21,104 bases of DNA. Origin: Octopus sinensis. Its lineage: Eukaryota. Shown here in pieces: positions 1-9,886 of this stretch. Positions within the stretch are counted from its first letter, which is position 1, and every line of letters starts with the position of its first letter. Both the position numbers and the translations under genes were made by a program. The stretch spans positions 1 to 21,104 of the forward strand of contig NW_021836920.1 of NCBI RefSeq assembly GCF_006345805.1, written 5' to 3'. The notes beneath the pieces were generated by a model that saw only the letters and a program-made list of their open reading frames with translations, had not been told where the DNA came from and did not search any database.

Positions 1-519
1 CTGTGCTGAATTATATCTTGCCTTTAATCAGGCATCTTGTTGTTCTTTACTTTATATATTACAACTAACACGCACAAATTAGTATATTTACACACACACA
101 CACATATATATGCATAAATACACACACACACACATATATATATATAATATATTTATAAATAAAATTACAACTAATTTTCACGTTTTATTATTAGCAATTT
201 TTACAATTTTACAATTTTACAAAATTGAAAAAAAAAACAAGTGCTTTCATGCGTTTTGCAATCTTCAGGTTTGTGTAATAATATTCGAGTTCCACAGTTG
301 ACATCTTTCAATATATGAGATAGAAAGTATGGTTGTTACTTCCACGTGGTTGAATATACAATGATAGAAAAGATGAAATAACAGAGAAGATTTGTTATAT
401 ACGACTAAAGTATATATTAGAATCATCATAAGATGAATATTATACAATATTGTACAAAATAAGATTTTTCGCTTCCAACATAATTAATAACCGGTTTCGC
501 TAAAGCTTTTCAAAGTTTG

Positions 520-573
520 AGGGCTGGATACAATTCGGAGTTAAATCCCTTACTCCGAATTGTACCCAACCCT
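520..573. other. Isolated inverted repeat (22-bp stem, 10-nt loop)
   Basis: AGGGCTGGATACAATTCGGAGT (520-541) pairs with ACTCCGAATTGTACCCAACCCT (552-573) at 20 of 22 positions. Confidence 0.9.
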
Positions 574-574
574 G

Positions 575-590
575 TATATGTATGTACGTT

Positions 591-629
<39 letters not shown>

Positions 630-641
630 TATATATATATA
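575..641. repeat. (TA)n microsatellite
   Basis: Directly visible dinucleotide run. Confidence 0.95.
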
Positions 642-712
642 CATGGAGAGTTTACGAAAAAAACAAAAGACGAAGACAGATGGTGTACAAAACAAACAGA
701 TGTATTAGTATA
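640..712 (-). mobile_element. 3' end of a Penelope-like LTR, inverted
   Basis: Reverse complement (ACTAATACATCTGTTTGTT...TTTTCGTAAACTCTCCATGTATATA) aligns by eye with the + strand LTR end at about 6735-6792 (ACTAATACTCCTGCTTGTT...TTCTGTAAATTTGAACTATATA); it abuts a PLE RT fragment. Confidence 0.55.
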
Positions 713-730
713 ACATTATAGAAAACCTGA

Positions 731-1228
731 TCCTCTGACATAAAGAGACAAATAAATCCACTTTCATCTAACGAGGAAATATCTACCAAACGTAACGATT
801 ATTATAACCTGGCACAGAATAAGGCAGGATATAATTATGAAATTAAGTATAATAAAAACAACAGCACCAATACTAATCATATCAAACATTATCTTGAAAA
901 GAATAATGTAGATAATATGAGTGAACTCAAGTCACCTGATGAATTAGTACACCCCAATAAACGTATAACAAAAACTCTCAATAAGTGTCAAAAACATCAG
1001 CAAAAACACGACAATCATCACTACAATAACGATACAAAAAAAACACAACCAATACGAGCACCACAACCAAAATTTTACTAAGGAAAAAATAAAATAAGTT
1101 TTAGTAATTTCCACCTTCCTAGCTACACTAATATTAAAAAACCTAGGATTACTGACAACAGACATCAAAATTGTATAATGAGAGATAAAAATAGGAACAT
1201 TAAGCCAATAATAATAATAACCAGTTGA
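731..1228 (+). pseudogene. Penelope-like element RT C-terminal region and linker, degenerate
   Basis: 166 codons in one frame with one internal stop (1079-1081). SSDIKRQINPLSSNEEISTKRNDYYNLAQNKAGYNYEIKY resembles the PLE RT C-terminal pattern I..R.S.LSSNEEIF....YN.AL..SGY...Y; KNKISFSNFHLPSYTNIK loosely resembles the downstream K.IIWFNPPFS..TNI motif. Motifs recalled, not searched. Confidence 0.65.
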
Positions 1229-1866
1229 CCATGCCCCTTAATGGCTGACGATATGTGCATCTCTGATCTTGAGCAGAAGTAGTGGGGAAGTATCATAGCC
1301 GTGGTTTGAAAGGAATTCTTAGAGGTTTGGATATATCACCTTTGGAAACATGGGTGGTTCGTTTCAACATCCTTAAACAACCCTTAATCAGGAACCTTTT
1401 AGTGGGATGGGCTACTCGAGTAGAAGAAAATTCCAACTGTAATGTCATGCGCTGTTTGCCTTGATATGAGATCACCATGTCGCGCACATATGGTTGTGAT
1501 ACATGTGCCCGGTGAGCTGGCAGAGACGTTAGCACGCCGGGCGAAGTGCTTCGAGGTATTTCGCCCATCGCTACGTCCTGAGTTCAAATTCCGCCGAGGA
1601 CGACTTTGCCTTTCATCCTTTAGGGGTCGAAAAATTAAGTACCAGTTACGCACTGGGGTCGATGTAATCGACTTAATCCGTTTGTTTGTCCTTGTTTGCC
1701 CCTCTGTGTTTAGCCCCTTGTGGGTAATAAAGATACAGATACATGTGCCCGGTTTACTCTTATCAGATGGGTAGTCATAATGGGTATACTGGGCTTCGTA
1801 TATTTTACCCCAGTGTCACTTTGATGGCATGCACTGCTCTCTCACTCAATAGTAATAATAATAATA
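1225..1866 (+). mobile_element. 3' end of a LINE-like repeat ending in (AAT)n, split by a SINE
   Basis: 1225-1513 resumes at 1754 after a 16-bp duplication and ends CTCTCACTCAATAGTAATAATAATAATA. Recognised from memory as an abundant octopus repeat; LINE clade not determinable here. Confidence 0.55.
1514..1737 (+). mobile_element. OK-like tRNA-derived SINE with 16-bp target-site duplication
   Basis: A-box-like TGGCAGAGACGTTAG, B-box-like GAGTTCAAATTCC, body GCCTTTCATCCTT..GGGTCGA; GATACATGTGCCCGGT at 1498-1513 and 1738-1753. Confidence 0.9.
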
Positions 1867-1896
1867 CATATGATGATGATGATGATGATAATAATA

Positions 1897-2096
1897 CTTT
1901 CTACTGTAGGCACAAGACCTAAAATTCGGGGGAAGGAGTAAGCCGATTACTTCGACCCCAGTACATGAATGGTACCTGATTCATCGATCCTGATATAGGG
2001 AAAGGCCAAGTCGACATCGGCGGAATTTGAACTTAGAACATAAAAATGCCGCTAAACATTTTGCCCGGTGTGCTAGCGATTCTGCCAGCTCACCAC
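1897..2096 (-). mobile_element. OK-like SINE
   Basis: Reverse complement has head GGTGAGCTGGCAGAATCGCTAGCACACCGGGC, B-box AAGTTCAAATTCC and tail TCTTGTGCCTACAGTAGAAAG. Confidence 0.85.
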
Positions 2097-2098
2097 TT

Positions 2099-2099
2099 C

Positions 2100-2168
<69 letters not shown>

Positions 2169-2213
2169 TGATGATGATAATAAAAAAACAAAACATACAA
2201 ATAATATAATAAC

Positions 2214-2281
<68 letters not shown>

Positions 2282-2330
2282 TAATAATAATAATAAAAAT
2301 AACGATAATAATAATCTCAACAACTACAGA
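2099..2330. repeat. (AAT)n microsatellite, interrupted
   Basis: Directly visible; source of the poly-I, poly-L and poly-Y ORFs. Confidence 0.95.
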
Positions 2331-2424
2331 AAACTTAAATTCTATTCTGACGAAAATGATTTCAGAAATAGGAAGCTGGCACCATATTTTCAGGGAGAGG
2401 GCGTATCTAGTAAAAAAAAACATC

Positions 2425-2444
2425 TATTAATAATAATAATGATG

Positions 2445-2496
<52 letters not shown>

Positions 2497-2599
2497 TAAT
2501 AATAATGATAATAATAATAATAACTGCTTCAACTATATTAATACAGTTAAATCATAATAATGACAAGTGCGATACCTATGGTGGTGGTGGTGGTGGTGT

Positions 2600-2644
<45 letters not shown>

Positions 2645-2645
2645 A
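2425..2645. repeat. (AAT)n, then (GGT)n(AGT)n trinucleotide runs
   Basis: Directly visible. Confidence 0.9.
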
Positions 2646-3119
2646 ATGAATAAATTGTACGGTATTATCTGTAATATTCCGTGGGCATATCACGTTTTAA
2701 ACATCACGATAATTTTTCTTACATGAAAGATCTATTCGGTTTTATATAATATAAGAAATTGTAAGTTGCTAAAAAATTCCTCGAGGGGAAGTTGTGGCTA
2801 ATATTTGTCGAGATAACGCACAGATCACGAAGTTGACGAAATCTCCAGAATAATTCCTTCCTTCCATATATACTGGTAGATTTTACGTCTATTGTTTCCT
2901 CTTTTGCTTTCACTTTAGCGCTAAACATCTTATGCCATTACCAAGACTTTTGGGTGTCACCGCCATTTCTTCGCTTTTTCTGAAATTTTATTATTTATTT
3001 ATGTATTCGCTTATTTATTTGTATTTTAGTTTTCTCGTTTTATATCAGAAACTTTAGCGCAGTTTGCCGTGTATTTTTATATATCAATATGCATGAGTAT
3101 TGCTTGTATATGTACATGT

Positions 3120-3134
3120 ACGAATATATATATG

Positions 3135-3213
<79 letters not shown>

Positions 3214-3234
3214 ATATATATAATATATATATAT

Positions 3235-3330
<96 letters not shown>

Positions 3331-3345
3331 TATATGTGTATGTTT
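3120..3345. repeat. (TA)n microsatellite
   Basis: Directly visible. Confidence 0.95.
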
Positions 3346-3719
3346 AGGTATGTGTGGCGTGTATAAATGCACTTATACACATATACACATGCACAAAAAG
3401 ATATAGACGCATATGTGTATATAATTATAAACATGTGTATACATATATACATACGTATATATGTACCTATATAGTGATACATGTAGATGCATATATATAT
3501 ATGTATGTGTATGTGTCAGTGTGTGTGTTATGTATATATATGTATGTATACATATAGTCTAGTATACTACACGCATATATTAAAATATACTTACAAATTT
3601 ACACGCATATACACATACACACGCAAACGCACTCACCCACGCATGTAAACATACATACATAAATACATACATACTCTCCCACCCACACAAACATTTTTAT
3701 GAAAAATCTCGATGGAGAC

Positions 3720-3915
3720 ATATATCGACACACATATATAGACACATATATAGACACACACATATATAGACACACATATCTATAGACAAACATATATATA
3801 AAGATACACATATATATAGACACACATATATAGACTCACATATTTATAGATACACATATATATAGACACACATACATATATAGAGACACATATATAGCCA
3901 TATATAGACATATAT
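3720..3915. repeat. Degenerate minisatellite, unit about CACATATATAGACA
   Basis: ATATAGAC cores separated by variable (AC)n recur about ten times. Confidence 0.8.
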
Positions 3916-3999
3916 AGACACACACAAGTTCACACACAGAAATTAAAATATCATAGAAGGAAATTAAAGTGCCAAACAACCTATAATCGAATATGTACA

Positions 4000-4030
4000 T
4001 ATATTTATATATATATATATATATATATAT

Positions 4031-4080
<50 letters not shown>

Positions 4081-4095
4081 TACTTATATACATAC
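4000..4095. repeat. (TA)n microsatellite
   Basis: Directly visible. Confidence 0.95.
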
Positions 4096-4479
4096 ACAGA
4101 TACGTGCACGTATAAGTGTGTGTGTGTATTTCTGAGTATGTCGTATACGCTTGAGTATGTGTGTCTATTATTTTGTATATGTATTATACTTCTCTGTCTT
4201 TGCGTGTGCACCGAAGACTTTCTATGACAGTCTTCCTGGTTTTCATCAAGTTTCTTCTTTCACCTAACAATTTCCTTCCCTTTAAACCATTTTCTTCTCT
4301 CGTGTTCTCAGAAATCTTTCGCCTTTTCATTCTATGAATATATTGAACCGTTGACGACTGTTTCACCCCTGGCGCCATCATATCTACTTATCGCAGACAC
4401 ACACACTCACACAATATACGTACATATATATATTTATATGTCTACACGCCACATATATGTATATATTTATATACACAAA

Positions 4480-4492
4480 CACACACTATATA

Positions 4493-4568
<76 letters not shown>

Positions 4569-4595
4569 CATATTATACAAACATATATAATACAT

Positions 4596-4650
<55 letters not shown>
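4480..4650. repeat. (TA)n microsatellite
   Basis: Directly visible. Confidence 0.95.
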
Positions 4651-4652
<2 letters not shown>

Positions 4653-4939
4653 TATAATGTGAAGAAATGATTATGGAACAACTAAGAGCGCAATGCAAAT
4701 ATTTAAACATTATTGGACTTCGTTTCAGTGATAAAAATGAACAATGCAACCGATAATAGGAAGCGAACTACCTGTCTCTTGTTTAGCTGGCAAACGTGTT
4801 ACCATATATGTAATCATGTTGTTTGTAGCGTAGTACACCATGGCAGACGATCGCATTTACTTTCGTAGATGAGAATCTGCTTTCTTAGATGTTTGCATAG
4901 AGATTCACATTCGGTGTTAAAGATTAGACGAATACTTAC

Positions 4940-4990
4940 ATACATACATATATGCATACATACATGCATACATACATACATACATATATA

Positions 4991-5043
<53 letters not shown>

Positions 5044-5059
5044 ATATACTATATATATA

Positions 5060-5104
<45 letters not shown>

Positions 5105-5139
5105 ATATATATACATACATAAATATATTTACGTACATA

Positions 5140-5179
<40 letters not shown>

Positions 5180-5180
5180 A
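4940..5180. repeat. (TACA)n/(TA)n compound microsatellite
   Basis: Directly visible. Confidence 0.95.
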
Positions 5181-5225
5181 ATGGATTACTTCAATCCATA
5201 TATTGTGACTTATATATCTATATAT

Positions 5226-5350
5226 AGGCGTAGGTGTGTGGTAAGAAGCTTGCTTTGCAACACATGGCCCCAGAGTGACGCGGGGACGTAAACACACCTG
5301 CATCGGTTCTCAAGCGATGGTGGGGGGGGGCAACCACAGACACAAACAAC
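5226..5350. mobile_element. OR-like SINE composite: head (+) joined to body fragment (-)
   Basis: 5226-5267 matches the reverse complement of the heads at 13140-13183 and 17470-17512; 5281-5350 matches 17179-17250 in the same orientation. Confidence 0.75.
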
Positions 5351-5354
5351 AAAC

Positions 5355-5368
5355 ACATATATATATAA

Positions 5369-5415
<47 letters not shown>

Positions 5416-5416
5416 C

Positions 5417-5466
<50 letters not shown>

Positions 5467-5474
5467 TATATATA

Positions 5475-5508
<34 letters not shown>

Positions 5509-5520
5509 GTATTATATATA
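5355..5520. repeat. (TA)n microsatellite
   Basis: Directly visible. Confidence 0.95.
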
Positions 5521-5690
5521 CAAGATTGTATTGGTAATCAGCAGGTTGTGCTCGGCGCATATGCTCAGCAACAGAAGGCCATTGCTAGTCATCTTCCGAA
5601 CTCAATGCTTCCCTATAACTCCTCCCCACTGTTTCTCATCCCTGCTGGTTCTGACGTTGAACGTCACCGAGTATTATGGTTTGTCCAATA
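5521..5690 (-). pseudogene. RTE-type LINE APE endonuclease fragment
   Basis: With one frameshift: [49 protein letters not shown], matching the RTE-type pattern GDFNARVG...GKHGVGK.NSNGLLLL..CAEH.L.ITNT.F. Confidence 0.85.
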
Positions 5691-5979
5691 TGGACTCATG
5701 AATTTTACAACTTTAACCCGTACTGAGCATTTGTTATTTCTCATGGATGTGTACCATAGAGTGTTATTCATGACGGTTCGGATTTGATGCTTTTCTTGTA
5801 TACCGTTCGTTTTTGTTAATGGTTTGGCGTGGTGCATTTTGGTTTTCGTTTCATGGGGATTTTCATTATATATTGGTCTGTTCGACTGATGTTATGCATT
5901 TGATTCATGAAAATTATTTTACGAATGATTTGTGCATTTGTAACGGATTTATTTTCGGTTATATTTGTTGTACTATTTG

Positions 5980-6130
5980 TGTCTCTGCTCAGATATAACT
6001 CACTCGACTATACAGTTGCAAATATCCATTGATAACGATAACTTCATCCTACTGACTATTCTTTGTAGTGTCTCATTTGTGGAAGAGAATATAAATGCTC
6101 TTCTTAGCAGGGATTTCCCAACTGAGAAAC
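5980..6130 (-). pseudogene. Probable second Penelope-like RT C-terminal fragment
   Basis: SVGKSLLRRAFIFSSTNETLQRIVSRMKLSL resembles the PLE pattern SVIKSL..RA..I.S....L..E...IK..L; stops follow. Short match only. Confidence 0.45.
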
Positions 6131-6599
6131 AAGTATATACGCACATACGTATATGTTTGTCCTTTGGTGTGTCTGCATATGCGGATATGCATGTATTTGT
6201 ATGTGCCTGTGTAAGATATTCTTGTTAGTGTGAATGTGGAATAATACCCTATATTTAAAATTATTTATGCATAATATATAATCATACAATTAGCAAATTT
6301 TGCACTTTTAGAAGCACAAACTTGCTTACATTCTTGGTTTAAAGTCGTGTAAACTTTTGGTTATAGTTAATTCATTTATGAAATGCATACACGTACACAT
6401 TATCATATCTTCTGCGCACTATAAACATCATAATATCCATGCCTTTAACGGCATAAAACACAATTCCTTGGAGATTGATCAAACTGAAAATTTCTGACGC
6501 AAAGGCAGTACCATACATCCCGTTTCTAATGTAGGATACGAATTCGATATTTATGTACAATATCGACCATTTCATTATGTTGAACCATTAATTTTAATA

Positions 6600-6795
6600 C
6601 ATTCTCTCTCAGGTTCTTTTGTTTTTTGTTTTTCTTTTCTTTGTTCTCTCTCCATTTTTCCCATCTCAAACCTTTCTGTTGAAAAGCGTAGGCTCGAAAC
6701 GTCAAAGAATTTTCCATTCTTCTCTAGCGTCAAACTAATACTCCTGCTTGTTGTTTTCTCGACATTTGCTTTCTGTAAATTTGAACTATATACTT
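6600..6795 (+). mobile_element. Penelope-like LTR fragment
   Basis: Pyrimidine-rich leader, hammerhead-like core (6672-6707) and a 3' end homologous to the inverted piece at 640-712. Confidence 0.6.
6672..6707 (+). ncRNA. Minimal type I hammerhead-ribozyme-like motif, degenerate
   Basis: CTTT-CTGTTGA-A-AAGC-GTAG-GCTC-GAAAC-GTC-AAAG: helix I CTTT/AAAG, helix II AGC/GCT around GTAG, palindromic ACGT helix III, GUC cleavage triplet. Deviates from consensus at A6 (T) and G10.1 (A). Confidence 0.55.
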
Positions 6796-7364
6796 AACAA
6801 TAATTTGTTTAACACAGTGAGTGCCAAGGAGAAATGCGTTAATCGGTCCCGTGTATCCCGTGTATCACACATGTCTTTTTTTTTCAAATTCGTATAGTAT
6901 TTCAGTTGTATACAATAGCTGTATATAGTTCATTTTCGATGAGAAAACATGAATGCAATATACGTACAGGCGGCACATTTGTGAAGAGCTGTGAATATAT
7001 ATATTGTATACATGGCACTCAATGTGTTAACGGTGGAACAGAAGGTAAATAAATCTATATATAGTACCTGGCAAGTATTGGGGTAAAAATTTTCCAAACT
7101 GGATTCTCAATGTACTTAACCTCTCTGTTTGTATAGCCAGCCAAATCTCACGCAATTCACACCCAAACGTTTAAAAAAAGAAATTAGGAAGTCAGAGGAG
7201 AATCTGGTAGAAGATGCATGCGGTGTGTCTAGCTAAATAGAAAAGATGGATACGTCTGGAATGCCTTTAATTATAGCTCTATTCAACCATCTAAACTGGG
7301 GCAAAAACCACACTGAAAATAAAACGACTTGAAAACCATCTTCTACACAACAACCATAAAAACG

Positions 7365-7700
7365 ACGATGCCAATCGCCACTACCACCGCCACCACCATT
7401 GTGAATATCATCACCACCACCGCCACAACCATCATCACTACCATCTACCACCACTGCGACTGTCACTAAATCTGTAGTTACTAACACTGTCATCAACTAT
7501 ATTACCACCATCACAAATAAACGTTTACAAACCTCACAATCAACCCTGCTAATATTGCCCCCCACCCCCAACACAGTCACTGCTACAAATACTACCGCAA
7601 CCACCACTAAGACTACCATCACCACCACTACAACCACCACTACCACCACCACTACCACCAACCACCACTTTCATCATCAACATCAACACCACCACAATAT
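7365..7700. repeat. (ACC/ACT)-rich low-complexity tract
   Basis: Degenerate CAC/ACC trinucleotide composition. Confidence 0.8.
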
Positions 7701-7711
7701 TTTGATCCCAT

Positions 7712-7880
7712 AGCTGGAGTGGATCGTGGTAAGAGGTTTGCTTCGCAGCTCTTACCAGAAATAGTTCTCTGGTTCAGCCCCACTGCGTGGCTCCTAGAGC
7801 AAGGGTATTGTATCAGAACCAGAGGCGGACCGACAAAAGCCTTGTGAGTGGATGGGAAACTGAAAGAAACCCGACGTGCT
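7712..7880 (+). mobile_element. OR-like SINE 5' half, diverged
   Basis: GTGGTAAGAGGTTTGCTTC head, GGTTCAGCCCCACTGCGTGG, GCCTTGTGAGTGGAT, GGAAACTGAAAGAAACCCGACG, then (TG)n. Confidence 0.8.
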
Positions 7881-8836
7881 TATGTGTGTGTGTGCATGTG
7901 TGTGTGTATGCATGTGTCTTTGAGTGTGCGTGTGGGGGTTTGCGTGTGTATATGCATGTGTGTATGTGTGTGTGAATATCTGTGTGAGTATGCGTATGTA
8001 TGTGAATGTGTGTGAGCGTGTGCATATGTGTGTACTTAAGTGTGTAGCTTTATATAGCAATTTATGAATATAATCTCCAAGTTCTTTCTTGCGTTTTCAG
8101 ATTGTACAAAACAATAGATGATTAGTTGCAGCGTGACAATGTATAAACAATAATATTCGAAAATGCATCTAAACACATATATGCAAGTGTACGCGCGTGT
8201 GTTTGTGCGTATATGAGTCTGCGCATATGTGTTTGAGAAAGAGTGTGTGTATGTGTATCTGTGTGTGTGTGTATGTATGTGTATGTGTTCGTGAGTGTTT
8301 GCGCAATTACACTTTCTAAGATGTTTGTCCAATGCATATGCTTTCTCAAAAACCATTCCTTTTAAAGAATGCAGTTTAAAATACTTAATGTTCTCCATGT
8401 CAATAATAACAAAATCCCAGCTCCTTACCTGCAACACATTACTTACATATTTAACTTAATTCCTTAAAGAAGGAAACCTTGAAAGATGATCGGGCGATAT
8501 TAAGTGTAAGTATTTATTGGTTAAAACAACTGCCGAACTCTTCAATGTTACAACCGTATTTAATGCTCTGTATTTATCGCAAACAATATACGTTTAGCAG
8601 TTAAGTTATTTTGTGATTTTTCTGATTGATATTCTTAAAGAATCGGTTGACGTTTCTAACTTCATAATTGCGAATCATAATATGGAAATATTTTAATATT
8701 ATACTTTTTCCGAGTAATTCATTTGCACACAACTACGCTCTCATGCTCTGTATGGAGCTGTTTGTGTGCACATGTGAACACACAAGTACACGAATAGATA
8801 TACATGCAGGCAAACACACGCATACATATTTGCAAT

Positions 8837-8854
<18 letters not shown>

Positions 8855-8881
<27 letters not shown>

Positions 8882-9691
8882 TCTTCTTTTCTTTTATTTC
8901 TTTCAGTCATTTAACTGCGGCCATGATGGAGCATCGCCTTTAGTCGAACAAATCGACCCCAGTACTTATTCTTTGTAAGCCTAGTACTTATCCTATCGGT
9001 CTGTTTTGCCGAACCGCTAAGTTATGGTGACGTAAACACACCAACATTGATTGTCACTTGATGAGGTGACACTTGATGGGGTGACAAACGCAGACACACA
9101 CACAAATTAACACACCTACACACATATATACGACGGTCTTCTCTCAGTTTCCATTTTCCAAATCCACTCACAAGGCTTTAGTCGTACCAAGGCTATGCAA
9201 GAAGACACTTACCCAAGGTGCCACGCAGCAGGAGTGAACGCGGAGACATGTGGTTGGAAAGCAAGCTTCTTACCACACACACACACACATATATATATAG
9301 TCTTCTTTTCTTTTATTCTTTCAGTCATTTAACTGCGGCCATGATGGAGCATCGCCTTTAGTCGAACAAATCGACCCCAGTACTTATTCTTTGTAAGCCT
9401 AGTACTTATCCTATCGGTCTGTTTTGCCGAACCGCTAAGTTATGGTGACGTAAACACACCAACATTGATTGTCACTTGATGAGGTGACACTTGATGGGGT
9501 GACAAACGCAGACACACACACAAATTAACACACCTACACACATATATACGACGGTCTTCTCTCAGTTTCCATTTTCCAAATCCACTCACAAGGCTTTAGT
9601 CGTACCAAGGCTATGCAAGAAGACACTTACCCAAGGTGCCACGCAGCAGGAGTGAACGCGGAGACATGTGGTTGGAAAGCAAGCTTCTTAC
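8855..9691 (-). mobile_element. Tandem duplication of an OR-like SINE (two units of about 418 bp)
   Basis: 8881-9273 and 9300-9691 appear identical apart from one T indel near the start; both are preceded by (CA)n(TA)5. Confidence 0.95.
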
Positions 9692-9705
9692 CACACACAC
9701 ACACG

Positions 9706-9737
<32 letters not shown>

Positions 9738-9826
9738 CACGCATGGATGTATGTGTATGTGTGTACGTTTATGTGAATGTATGTGTGGGTTAGTAAGTGT
9801 GCGTATGTGTCTGTCGCAGTATGAAA

Positions 9827-9886
9827 TTTTCGCACAAGGCCAGCATTTTGCCCGCTGTGATAACGATTCTGCCAGATCGCCGCCTT
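9827..9886 (-). mobile_element. Internally deleted OK-like SINE (head fused to tail)
   Basis: TTTTCGCACAAGGCCAGC (tail, reverse strand) runs straight into ATTTTGCCCGCTGTGATAACGATTCTGCCAGATCGCCGCCTT (head, reverse strand). Confidence 0.7.

Noticed and set aside
241-330. Acceptor TCTTCAG at 268 and donor-like GTATGG at 327
   Set aside because: Stops in all frames and no other support.
2719-2928. 69-aa minus-strand ORF
   Set aside because: No recognisable motif, an in-frame stop shortly upstream and no good splice sites.
4184-4381. 65-aa basic minus-strand ORF
   Set aside because: Reflects a pyrimidine-rich + strand; no homology recognised.
3069-5560. YI/HT-repeat ORFs here and at 10136-10686 and 14788-15391
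   Set aside because: Artefacts of (TA)n and (CA)n microsatellites.
6372-6575. 67-aa hydrophobic minus-strand ORF
   Set aside because: No acceptor and no recognisable family; length is within chance for this composition.
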